A DNA stretch of 63,677 bases, counting the filler, from Octopus bimaculoides (Eukaryota), in the NCBI RefSeq assembly GCF_001194135.2. It is 7 parts of 7 records of this genome, joined end to end, with 100 filler letters (N's around TTAATTAATTAA, not from the genome) between each part and the next. Parts side by side here need not be neighbours in the genome. Positions count along the whole stretch, not along the records: positions 1 to 24,182 come from NC_069002.1; positions 24,283 to 32,870 come from NC_068988.1; positions 32,971 to 47,747 come from NC_068997.1; 4 more parts are not named here. One strand, 5' to 3'. Shown here piece by piece: positions 23,743-35,739 of the stretch. Position 1 is the first letter of the stretch. The number at the start of each line of letters is the position of its first letter. The notes under the pieces were generated by a model that made no database searches, was not told where the DNA came from, and worked only from the letters and a program-made list of their open reading frames with translations. Both the position numbers and the translations under genes were made by a program.

Positions 23743-24182
23743 TGTTCTGCTCCTGTGAATCTTGTGGATAAATGTCATCAGTCAGATTATTTTTACAGAA
23801 GGAGAAAAATCGATGAGATCACGAGGACAAAATATTGGATGTTTTAAATGAGAAGAATTTAGAATTTTAATATCACGCAGAAAGCGGAGGAGCCAGGCTA
23901 ACAGCAAAAATACACTCAACAACAAAAACATCGTTTTTCGCTGTGCTCTTTGTTTTATTGAACGGTAACAAAATCTCAGTGCTTCGTTCTTCGCTGTGGT
24001 GTTCGCCTTTAAGTTATGGATATGGTTGGTAAGAATTCACATTGCAGTGTCACACTATATTATTGTAAAAAAAAAAGAATATTCTCCGAGTTCTATTTTA
24101 TGAAATTTAAATAAAAAGAAACAGAAAAAAAATGAGAGATAAGAAATGAAAAGAGAGAAAAGAAAAAAGGTCAAGCAGTAGA

Positions 24183-24282
24183 NNNNNNNNNNNNNNNNNN
24201 NNNNNNNNNNNNNNNNNNNNNNNNNNTTAATTAATTAANNNNNNNNNNNNNNNNNNNNNNNNNNNNNNNNNNNNNNNNNNNN
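24183..24282. other. Artificial scaffold linker 44N-TTAATTAATTAA-44N (also at 32871-32970, 47748-47847, 50948-51047, 58181-58280 and 62433-62532)
   Basis: An identical 100-bp construct occurs six times, and its 12-mer has stop codons in all six frames. Confidence 0.95.
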
Positions 24283-24660
24283 CCTTTTTTTTTCTATGCA
24301 GTACGTTTTGTATATTATTCTCTTTTTTTCCACTGATTCAGTGTCCTCTTCTGGGGTGGAGACCCGAATCTCCGACCCCTCCTTTGTTATTGATGTCATA
24401 TATTTTTCTAGGTTACTGCTATCCGTGTTTATCACAAATTTCTTTCTACCTGCCACTTCCGCAAACTTTTTCGGTGATACCACCATTGAGACTGCCGGTG
24501 AGATTTCGTCACCGAAAATACTTGTGAACGCGTCACCCACAGGTGGGAATTCACTTGGTGAAAGGTTTTCTATCTTTCAAAGTTGGCTTACAAGCCGCAA
24601 TAAAGATAGCAATGGTTCCCCCGTAGGGGGGAATTTCAACGAGTTGCTTTTCAAAAAGCA
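24283..24660 (-). mobile_element. Possible 5' region/ORF1 start of a non-LTR element (unassigned)
   Basis: Open frame FSPSEFPPVGDAFTSIFGDEISPAVSMVVSPKKFAEVAGRKKFVINTD... looks protein-like but has no diagnostic motif and ends at a linker gap. Confidence 0.3.
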
Positions 24661-25469
24661 AATAACAGTTTGTTTGTTTGTTTTTTTTCCCCCAACAATA
24701 AGCACAATTCACGAAAACAGTTTACAGGTTTTGCAAGTCAAAACTTACTAATAGCAGGGAAATAAGAAAAACACGTCCAGCATCAACGCAATCAGCAGTC
24801 AAAAAAACTTACATCCTATCAGCTTAGTAATTCGTGTTGTCTCCAAATATAATGTTTAAAAAGAGAAGCACTAATACTCAGTTTTTAATGTGGTTAAGAA
24901 GTTCACTTTGCAAATACGTGGCTCCAAGTTCAGTCTCACGCATTGTATCTACAGTAAATGTATATTCTACTATATATTTGAATAAACCAGACTCCTAAAA
25001 GTGAAAGCTGGTCAATGAAAATTATACAAAGTCTCTTATGGTGACCGTTCCTGTTGTGAAATAGATTGAATCAATTGCCTGGCTTAATATCACCGAATAG
25101 CCCTTGGGATTTAACTCTATTGCAGCCATTCGGGCCAAACTTACATTCTGAGGACAAGTTCATAGAATTTTATATATTCGATCCATAATAAATATAACTG
25201 CAGAGTAACATTTAACAATGTTTTCATTTTCATTTTCTTCTACTAAATAAATAAATGTAGTTTTGACATGCTACGATAAACATCTATGGTTCCTACATAA
25301 AGATACTAAGCCCCTATAAATTTTACACACAGGAATTATAAATGTCACCTCGACGGCGATTAATACAATCTTCTACAGGTTTGTTAACGTGTTTATGCTC
25401 TACGATACATGTGCGTTGTGTGTGTGTGTGGGTGTGTGTGTGTGTGTAAAGTATTTTACTTGCTTCAGC

Positions 25470-26095
25470 CATTGGACTCCGTCGTAAAGGTTTAACCGAA
25501 CAAATTGACCGCAGTACTTTTTTTTATCTTAAAGTATCGTTCCTATTCTATTGGTCTCTTTTTGCCGAAACGCAAAGTTACGGAGACGTAAACAAACCAA
25601 CACCGGTTGTCAGAGTGGAAAACACTTTAGTGGAGGACAAGCATAAACGCAAAGACACATATACGCGTGCGCACACACGGATACATAAATATATTTGTAT
25701 ATATACAATGGGCTTCTTTCAGTTTCCGTTTAACAATCACATCCACGAAGATTTGGTTGGCCCGGAACTATAGTACAAAATGCCACGTAGTGGGACTGTA
25801 TGCGGCATCACGTGATTAAGAAGTAAACCTCTTATTTCTTTATTGCCCACAGGGGGCTAAACATAGAGGGGACAAACAAGGACAGACAAAGGCATTAAGT
25901 CGATTAGATCAACCCCAGTGTGTAACTGGTACTTAATTTATCGACCCCGAAAGGATGAAAGGCAAAGTCGACCTTGGCTGAATTTGAACTCAGAACGTAA
26001 CGGCAGACGAAATACCGCTAAGCATTTCGCCCGGCGTGCTAACGTTTCTGCCAGCTCGCCGCCTTTAAGTAAACCTCTTACCACACAATCACGCT
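25470..26095 (-). mobile_element. Composite SINE with a nested Nin/Deu-core SINE (about 25832-26066)
   Basis: Tail, microsatellite and head of the composite family, with the head interrupted by a complete rc copy of the Nin-core SINE. Confidence 0.7.
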
Positions 26096-26569
26096 TGTAC
26101 ATACATACATACATACATACATACATACATGCCCTGTTGTTGATGTTGAAAGTTCAATAAAGGGGCCTTGGATCTAGGTTAGAAACCGGCTCTTTCTCTA
26201 TTGGCAAGAAATCTTGAAATAAAACTGAACAATGATATGCATACACATAAACATATTCACATACATACGTACAAAGATACATGGCCGAGTGGTTAGGGTC
26301 GTAGGATCACGGTTATTGAATCGTAGGTTTGATTCCTGGACTGGGTAATGCTTTTTACTGCTCAGAGCAAGGTGCATTATTTCTCGACGTTTACAATCAA
26401 CAGAGAATGGGTACTAGTCGGTTGCTGTTACAATCTTCTTGCCCAACATCTGTCATTACATCTTCAGTGTTCCGGCGAATATTTCCGAGATGGAGTCTCT
26501 GTCATTTAACCTGAAACAATAAGCGAATACGTAGTACGTGCTTTCATGTTATATTCGCTTGTGAGTGAC

Positions 26570-26950
26570 GGCTGGCTGGTTGGCACTCCGTCGGTTACGA
26601 CGGCGAGGGTTCCAGTTGAACCGATCAACGGAACAGCCTGCTCGTGAAATTAACGCGCAAGTGGCTGAGCACTCCGTAGACACGTGTACCCTTAACGTAG
26701 TTCTCGGGGAGATTCAGCGTGACACAGAGTGTGACAAGGCTGGCCCTTTGAAATACAGGTACAACAGAAATAGGAAGAAAGAGTGAGAGAAAGTTATGGT
26801 GAAAAAGTACCGCAGGGTTCGCCACCATCCCCTGCCGGAGCCTCGTGGAACTTCAGGTGTTTCCGCTCAATAAACACTCACAATCGAAACCCTGATCATA
26901 CGACCAAGAGTCCGCTGCCCTAACCACTGGGCCATTGCGCCTCCACGAGT
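26570..26950 (-). mobile_element. Long (about 370 bp) tRNA-headed SINE
   Basis: Reverse complement aligns with 54320-54690 (aggctccggcaggggatggtggcgaaccctgc ... ggaaccctcg..cgtaa.cgacggagtgccaac). Confidence 0.8.
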
Positions 26951-28327
26951 GACGGCTATGCAAGTTATATATATCAAAGTCATAGAGTTTTAAGCTTTAC
27001 TTTAACTCTATCAGTCTCTAAATAATCTGGTTACATATTTTGGTAGTTAGGTGTGAGTATGAACCTGATATTCAAGACATTTATATAGTTTTTATTTATT
27101 ATCTATTTGGCCTAATTTTCAGTTTACCCTCCCATGTCTTTATACTCAAAACATATCAAACAAGGACACTATGAAATCAAAAACGGAAAACTGCATATAA
27201 GCGAAAAGTTAGACTAGAACATGGGAAATTGTTTCACTTCATTCTTAAACAGCAGCTTTGCGATGACAACTAGTTTTTGTGAATGTATGAGTAAGATATT
27301 CTTTTCTACTCTAGGCACAAGGTCCGAGATTTTGGTAGAAGCGGGGGGGCAGTCGATTAGATGGACCCCAGTACACAACTGGTACTTAATTTATCGACCC
27401 CTGAAAGGATGAAAGGCAAAGTCAACCTCGGCGGAATTTGAATTCAGAACGTAAAGACAGACAAAATAGTATGAGTAAGACGATACTAAGTAACTGACCC
27501 CCTCCAGTGCGCTCTAAATCCACTATTAAGTTATAGAAGCCAAGAACTAAAATGTTTGTTCTGAATGAATAGATCACACTCCGTTTTATAAAACTAGCTT
27601 TGTTAAATGAATAGAATGGAAAAGTTTTCCACCGAGTTTTTTTTTTTTTTTTTTACTTTCACATTCTTTTATTTACTTATTTTACCTCTGTATATATTTG
27701 ATTATACGAGTTTATATATAATGCGTTTGATTGTCCAAAGAAGTTTAATTACCCTAATATCATTATATTTTGTGTAAAAATGGGTTATTTTAATCGCGTC
27801 GTCGATGTATCTCTCAGTCAAATGTATCTGCATTTGTAATGTACTGTTGGAGAGCGACAGCTGGACGCTAACTGAGCTCAAACATATTCAATGGTAACAA
27901 TACGATAACCGTTGCTTTGCTAACGGTAAATGGTAAATCCCACCAGGTCTGTAGTGGTTACCGCTACAAGCGAAGCAGGGTCCACCTCTGGTGGTANNNN
28001 NNNNNNNNNNNNNNNNNNNNNNNNNNNNNNNNNNNNNNNNNNNNNNNNNNNNNNNNNNNNNNNNNNNNNNNNNNNNNNNNNNNNNNNNNNNNNNNNNNNN
28101 NNNNNNNNNNNNNNNNNNNNNNNNNNNNNNNNNNNNNNNNNNNNNNNNNNNNNNNNNNNNNNNNNNNNNNNNNNNNNNNNNNNNNNNNNNNNNNNNNNNN
28201 NNNNNNNNNNNNNNNNNNNNNNNNNNNNNNNNNNNNNNNNNNNNNNNNNNNNNNNNNNNNNNNNNNNNNNNNNNNNNNNNNNNNNNNNNNNNNNNNNNNN
28301 NNNNNNNNNNNNNNNNNNNNNNNNNNA

Positions 28328-30304
28328 ATTAGCAAGGTTTAAAGGAATGATACAAAGGGTGGGGGACGAAGTTAAAGTTGTCCCTCCCAGTGAAATCACC
28401 CACAAGGCGCAAAGCAGCACTATAATATATAAAATTTTTATTACCAAGTTGAAAAACCTGGACATAGCCAAAGAAGTAGTAGAGCGCTGATTGAGACCCG
28501 TATGGGAAGACATAGAGTTCGTTAAACGTGCTCAAAGATTTGCAACGATTGAAGTACAATTTCGATCAAAGAAAGCCAAACAGGAGTTCACGAGTCTGTT
28601 AAAAACGGCTGAAGTCATGATCTTGCCCACATATCTCGGAAGACGTACTTCTAAGATCTGGGTGGGAGACATACCACCAGAGGTGGACCCTGCTTCGCTT
28701 GTAGCGGTAACCACTACAGACTTGGAGGATAAAATTACACTCATCCAGGCACAGGCTACATAATCACAACATTTGGCGGGGCAGAGCCTGGAACAATTGA
28801 TACAGGCTGCCCCTGCAGATTTAGAAAACATCATCGATATAATTTAGGTGGGGGAAGCAAGACTTCCAGTGATAGTCGAGGGGATGAAGCCTCGAGGCTT
28901 CAAATGTGGCCAAAAAGGTCACATGAGATCGGAGTGTAAACCTCCCCCAGAAAAGGAAATCCCACCTGAAAAGAAACGGAAAACACAAAAGATGAAGAAA
29001 GCGAAAGACCAGAATCTGAGACAGAGCGAGAAGGACGTTGAACAAGAAAGGGGTGGGAAAAAGTTAGAAAAAAAGAAGAGGAGAAAAAGAAAAATATCTG
29101 TTCCTCCCCAACAGTCCTACAGCAAAAGGAAAATTTTACATTCAGAACCAGAAACAAATGCCCAGTCCAAGTCCCATCCTCCCCACGCAGACATAAACTA
29201 CATGACTGTGACCGCAAGGAAACTTGTCCAAGAACTACGAGATACGGAAGACACGCATGACATAACACAAAAATTTGAAAAGAAAGGAAACCAAATGAAA
29301 TACGTATATTCGCAATCACTAGGGACAATTACGTTAAAAGAAATATGATAAAGATATGGAGCCCTTGAGGAAGGACTTTTCCTCACATATGTATGAAGGC
29401 CTCATAGACATTACCCCGCAAGCCCCGGATAAAGAACAAGAAGAACAGGAGAAAGTGAGTATATAATTCTTTCTATGCACACTCTTAATGTTGGATGCAT
29501 AAATGTACGCGGCCTGAAGTCGGTTTGAAAACAAGCCTGTTTCCTATATGACCTCGAGTCGCATCGTTTGGATGTTATAGTTGCTACAGAGTCCAGGTTG
29601 AAGAGTCAGAGGGATTTCTGTCCACTCCTAAATGGCTACGAGAAAATTGTTTCTCCATGCCCACCGGGAGGGAGGAGGTGTCACTGTGCTGTTCAGGAAA
29701 ACCCTGGGCGTTGAAGTAAAAACAATTTTTATCGACTCGGAGAGCAGGCTGGTCGTCGCAGATGTGACGTACAGCGGTAAGTCTTTCAAGTTGATTGGTG
29801 TTACGCCCCTGCGAAAGGTACAGGTAAAGCCGATGTTTTTCGAAGTATTGAGAAATTTCATGCTTCGTCTCATTCTATACTTATGTTAGGGGACTTTAAC
29901 GCAATCTGTGATGCACGCGTGGATTGCGTTGGCTCTAATGTTAGTAGGGGTGATCAGTGTTTCCTAAATCTGCTTAGCCGTTTTCATATAGCAGATACGT
30001 ATAGACTAGAGGACCCAAACGCTCCATTGTGGGCATGGATGAATAGTGATGGGCCGGCCAGATCTTATCTAGACAGAATTCTAATTAGGGAATTAGATAT
30101 AAACCTGGTTAGTCGTCCACAATTCCACTATGTCAGCTACAGTGATCACAAATTTGTGACCTGTAAGCGTGATTTAGTTAGGATACATAGACAGGGATCC
30201 GGCTACTGGATACACAACAAGTCTCTTTTGATTCATGAGGAGTACAGGAGTTGGGTTAGGGAGTTAATTTTGAGGGCATTGTGTGGCACCGTTGTGAACA
30301 ATAA
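28328..30304 (+). mobile_element. Tx1/L1-clade LINE, 5' half (ORF1 with zinc knuckle, ORF2 APE endonuclease), frameshifted
   Basis: ORF1 has GFKCGQKGHMRSEC (decayed CCHC) followed by a Lys-rich tract. ORF2 has NVGCINVRGL, GGGVTVLFRK, GDFNA, SYLDRILI, SDHKFV and GYW...SLL. Confidence 0.85.
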
Positions 30305-31017
30305 AAGACGATATTGCATTTCTGTGGTAGATGGCAGAGCTAGGGTTTGGAGAATGGGTGAACGCCATGCTGATGTTTGTGTAGTGGAGACTCATGGGGA
30401 TACAGAGCATCATGCACTAACTGCTGCTCGCTACATCAACCAAGTGTTGAGGCCTCACATTGTGTCATACTTTGCCCGTCATCGGAATCACGTGCTCCAG
30501 CATGACAACATCCGTGCCCATACTGCCAGGTTGACAACAGACTTCCTCCAACAGCACAACATCCAGACACTGCCATGGCCTGCCCTAAGTCCGGACTTGA
30601 ACCCCATAGAGCACCTGTGGGACAAAACTCATAAAGGGCTAAAAGACATCCATCCAAGTCCGACAAATTCAGCACAACTCAGAGCAAGTTTTAAAATATA
30701 GTGGGCTGCTATCTCCATGGCTTTCATCAAGCGTTTGGTGTAATCAATGTACAGAAGATGCCTGGCAGTAATCAACGCTAATGGGGGTCACAGGAGATAT
30801 TGAGTTCATCTCGTTGGATCCTGAACATTCCGTCATGCCGTAACGCCATGTGATGTTAAACATGTTAAACATGTTAAACATGTTTCAGGAAATGAGGTTT
30901 TATGATTAGGAAAGAACGGTTTCTTAATTAGCACTATTCAATCAATGCTATAGCAGTCTGTTAATAAACCAGTTTCTATTTAGTATGAGTGAGACGTTTC
31001 TTTTGTGGTTCAGTTTA
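30305..31017 (+). mobile_element. Tc1 transposon 3' half (DD34E transposase remnant and 3' terminus)
   Basis: DGRARVWR...YINQVLRPH...LQHDNIRAHTARLTTDFL...LPWPALSPDLNPIEHLWD...RRCLAVINANGGHRRY*. The first catalytic Asp (FSDES) and the VMVWG segment are missing. Confidence 0.85.
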
Positions 31018-31139
31018 CGAGGGAAAATTTGAGCTAATGAATTTTGGAAAAAGGACTATGCTAAAACAACCATACTCTCTTCCTTTAGGGAAACGTCTCA
31101 CAGGATCCAATAATATCAGAGACCTAGGAGCAACTGTTG

Positions 31140-32870
31140 ATAACAATCTCAGTTGGATGCCCACATAACAATAAGGTCGATGTATCTCGTAGGATGAGCT
31201 CCTGGAACGTAATAGAACAAGGTGTCATCGTTCCACTTTTCTCCTGCAGTTACGCAACTGACCCTGCCGCTGGTCCACTGCCTGGCACAGTCCCACGATT
31301 CGTCCTTTACAAATCTTCTGTGCCGCTGTCGAAAAATTGGCTGCCACAACCAGCACTTCATCAGCTCCTGCTTCCACCAGGGTTCGTCCGACTGTCACTC
31401 CAGCTTTCATCTTGCTTCGTCTGTCGGGCTCCACCAGCCCGAGACAGCCATCAAACGGGTCGCTCACACGACACTGGAGCAGCTTTTCCGACTTCGGTGG
31501 TATTACCGTCGTCCGTAGCGCTCTTACCTCGATACCGGGCGGGATCCGTTTTACCACCTTAACAGGGACTGGTCTTCCCTGTACCAAAAGCTTCATAGAA
31601 CACAAGTTCAGCTGACAAGGCATCAACGCCAAATAATCCAGTCCTAAAATACACGGATCCTCCATCTCCACCACATAGACAGGAAGCACAACTTCTAGTC
31701 CGGCAACAACGACCTGGACATTAACCGGCCCTCTCAGCTCAGTACAATGTCCGGTAACACCACACAATTGCTGCGATGACTCTGGCAAGTCTAGATGCTG
31801 CAACACATCGGGCCTCCCAAAAGTCTGTCCCGAGGCTGAATCGATCACCAGAGAACACGTCCGGCCGTTAACTCTTCCACTCACTCGTATGCTGTCAATG
31901 ACGGACCCTGCACGCCGCCTCGAGTGTGGGGCTTCTTTGGAACGTCTGGCTGGTGGTTGCCACTTAACACCAGCTCCTCTTAGTTTCCCGACTCTGTTTC
32001 TTTAGTTCTTGTTGGGCAGTCATAGCTCATGTGTCCCCTTTTTCCACAGATCCAGCACTCGCCCTTAAAGACAGACCCTGCTCTACCGTTCTGTTTCTTC
32101 TCTCTCTTCAAGCTGTAACAATCCTGCCGCTTGTGTCCAGGTCTCCCACAGTGCCACCAACACACACCAGTCATCTCTTCATTCCGCTCACTAGGTCCAT
32201 GACTATTTCCAAGTCCTTCAGCTTCATGGACTTTTCCTCTCTTTGCTTGGAATCCGGAGCTGCAACTCACTCGGAAATTTCCGGTGCTAGATTTGACATA
32301 GGACTCGAATTCCAGGGCCCTAGCCAGCGCTTCCTGCATCGTACCTGGCCGTGTCTGCTTCACCTGGACCTTGAGATTTGCAGTGTCCAGAGCATCTATG
32401 AATTGTTCCTTCAAAAGAAGAGACAAGAGGTCGGGGGTCGCTGTAGGGTAAGCTTTGTGCACCATGCTCTCCAAGTCCTTGGCAAGCTGCTGTAGGGGCT
32501 CCCCTCTAGCCCTGACACGGGTACGGAAGCGTGCCCTGTACATTTCGCTCTGGCGCATAGTGCCATACTTCCTCTGGAGAACTTCAACCAGCGCCGAGTA
32601 ACGATCCCTGTCTGCTTTTGACAGCTGGCCCAGCACCTCCAGTGCAGGACCCTTCAAACTGGTGGCAAGCTGAACGGCTCTTTGCCCCTCATCCCAATCG
32701 TTCTGGTCAGCCAGCATCTCAAACTGAATTCGGTAGGCCTCCCAACACACTTTGCCATCGAACTCCTGTGGTTTCTTCCTAATGGGGACTGCACAGCTAC
32801 TTTGAACTCCAGGAAACGCGCGTCCAGACCTCAGAGCATTACGAGATGGCGCAGCAACAGCAACTACTTC
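31140..32870 (-). mobile_element. Ty3/Gypsy LTR retrotransposon fragment: gag (two CCHC knuckles) and protease, truncated before RT
   Basis: Gag 32750-31980 has WEAYRIQFEMLA...QLATSLKGPALEVL, CWWHCGRPGHKRQDC and CWICGKRGHMSYDC. The -1 frame gives VNGRTCSLVIDSASGQTF (aspartic protease site) ...CILGLDYL. Confidence 0.9.
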
Positions 32871-33394
32871 NNNNNNNNNNNNNNNNNNNNNNNNNNNNNN
32901 NNNNNNNNNNNNNNTTAATTAATTAANNNNNNNNNNNNNNNNNNNNNNNNNNNNNNNNNNNNNNNNNNNNAGAGAGTGAGAGAGAGAGACGAAATGAACG
33001 GTGAAAGGAGAAAATGTAGGTAAAACACTTCAAAAGAAAACAAAACACTGATGCGCAAAAATATGAATATAATTTCTTGGTGTTAATAATAAGAATAGCT
33101 CACAGTAATAATATCAATAATAATGATAATAATAATAATTAGAAAAATAATAATAGTTGCCTCACGTTTAAGACCGTTTGTTAACTATTCTATTGTATCT
33201 TTTTCAAGTGATTGCCAGTATTTTTCTTGCTATTTCTTTCTCTTGTTAATTTTTATTTTTAAATACTGTGCAACCAACATAGTTTCAGATGTGATGTTTA
33301 GATAATAGTTCTAAAATATCTTGAAAGAAAGCTAGAAAAAATTTCCAACAACTTTATTATTAGTTTTTGGAATTATTATTAGTATTAATATTAT

Positions 33395-33396
33395 TA

Positions 33397-33449
<53 letters not shown>

Positions 33450-33697
33450 GCTCTGACTCTGTTTCGGTCTAATTTCTGCTAGGATTTATGTGGGTAGCGG
33501 GTTACTACGTGTAATCTTGGGTGTCTACAAGCTTTTAATAGTCTTTCAAGTGCTTACAACATTCTATTCCAATCTCCTTAAACCATTTGTCTATATCTTT
33601 ACTTAGAGTTCCCAATGACCAATTATTATAGGCACAATCTTCACGGTTTTCTTGCTCTAAATTTTTGTAGTTTCAAATTTTAAGAGAATCGTACTTA

Positions 33698-33756
<59 letters not shown>

Positions 33757-34445
33757 ATTATTATTTTTATTTTTATTTTTATTAACAAGGAGGCGTGCTG
33801 GCTCAATCTTTAGCATGCCAGGCAAAATAGCTAACGGCCTTCCATCCGTCTTTTTGATCTGTGCACGAGAATATCGGTTCTAAATCTGATTTAAATTTTG
33901 AGACCTTGCGCATAAATTAAAACACAGAAATATATATTATTTAGTAGCAGTAGTAGTAGTAGTAGCAGTAGTAATAGTAGTAGCAGGAAGGAAGAGGAGG
34001 ACGGTGATTAGGAGGAGGTGGAGAAAGAGAAAAATGGATCATTGAGAGGTAGTGTATATTAATAACATGTTTTATTGTAGACAACTACTAACACAGATCA
34101 TAAGGAAAATGTATATAATGACGATGATGACCAGGATGATGTTCTTACTTCTGCTGCTGATGGTGCTAATGATGACGATGATGATGATGACGACGCTTTT
34201 GCTGCTGCTGCAAATAATAATGACGACAACGATGATGATGATGATGACGACGATGACGATGACGATGACGATGACGATTATGATAATGATGATGATGATG
34301 ATCAGGAGGAGGAGGAGGAAGTGGTGGAAGAGGAGGGGAAGCATAGGGATCACAAAAATATTTTACCATGAATATTACCACTTCAGCAGCTACTATTACT
34401 ACTACAACTATTAACAACGACTGCATCAATAACAACAACAACAGC

Positions 34446-34494
<49 letters not shown>

Positions 34495-34498
34495 CAAC

Positions 34499-34596
<98 letters not shown>

Positions 34597-34600
34597 GAAC

Positions 34601-34637
<37 letters not shown>

Positions 34638-35200
34638 GCAACAGCAACAATAATAATGTTCTTTATCGTTGATATTCTTACTGGTATTGTTACCCTTGTT
34701 GCAATTGTTTGGTTTTATTCCTGTTGCTGCTGTTGATGTTGTTGCGGTTAATGTTATTGTTGTTGTTTTTGTTGATGCTGATATCTTAGTAAAATCTCTT
34801 TTGATTCTTTTAGAAAACAAAAACAAATTTACCAAAAAGCAAATTAAAATGAAGAAACGAAAAAAACATACCAACAAAAACCATATCATCACTGATCTTA
34901 GACTTTCAAAAAGAGATGATTTTTCACAATTGTTGATTTAATACTGTTCTTTTTCATTGTTGTTATTATTGTTATTAACAACTTCATCTTTTCCATCTTT
35001 TCTTTTATTTAGCTGTTGCTGCAGTTTTTCGCTGCCATCCCTGATGACGCTGCTAGTGTCGCTGTTATTATAGTTGAAGTTGCGGTTGCTGTAGCTGTTT
35101 TCCTATTGAATGCTGCATCCATTCATAATGTTATTACAGTTAGTGTTGTTCTTGTTGTTGTTGTTTTTCGTGTGATTCTGTGTTGTAGTTGCTGGGTTTT
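33395..35200. repeat. Dense array of trinucleotide microsatellites (TTA, TAG, GAT, CAA, TAA, GTT)
   Basis: Directly visible; it explains the homopolymeric ORFs at 34052-34941. Confidence 0.95.
33448..33700 (-). mobile_element. 3' end of a Dong/R4-like (REL endonuclease) non-LTR element embedded in (TAA)n
   Basis: Across frameshifts the minus strand reads KYDSLK...KTVKIVPIIIG.LGTLSKDIDKWFKEIGIEC, with (TTA)n tracts on both sides. Confidence 0.65.
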
Positions 35201-35406
35201 TTTTTTTAGATTTTTATTTTATTTCTATATATTTTTCATTAAAATTTTGATCTTGGGGCCTTTGTTGAAGCGAGCATTGATGAAGCATTAGATGTAGTCA
35301 TTGGTTTTTGCTCTTGTTTTTGCTGGTACAAACTCTGGTATGATATAAATGCATACATATACACATATATAAATGTATATATATATATATATATACATAC
35401 AGAGAG

Positions 35407-35480
<74 letters not shown>

Positions 35481-35739
35481 ACGTCTATGCATACATTAAA
35501 ATGAACAGATATAGATGACATATATTTTGCAGTTGTTGCAGCTTCGATTCAGAATGCTTTTGCTCTTCTTCTGGTCGTATTTCTTGATGGTTGCCCATGT
35601 AGTACTTGCGCTGATGTTCTTCGTTCTGTTCGTTTTCAATGTTAAATATTCTACAATGTTCTGTGGCTATGGTATTCCAGATTTGTACAGTGGATAGAAA
35701 CTCTAATGAATGATTAAGTATAGTGCCAACTAAGTCTGC

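Noticed and set aside
24110-24115. AATAAA as the polyadenylation signal of paralog C
   Set aside because: It is not conserved at the matching position in A, and the hexamer is common in such AT-rich DNA; it cannot be supported without 3'-end data.
26275-26345. tRNA-like sequences (here and at 54320 and 56930) as tRNA genes
   Set aside because: They are A/B-box SINE heads that run into SINE bodies and lack a complete cloverleaf.
27943-27996. Inverted copy of LINE ORF1 sequence 28671-28724 just before a gap
   Set aside because: It could be a 5' inversion, but it abuts a gap and cannot be told apart from a contig-end artefact.
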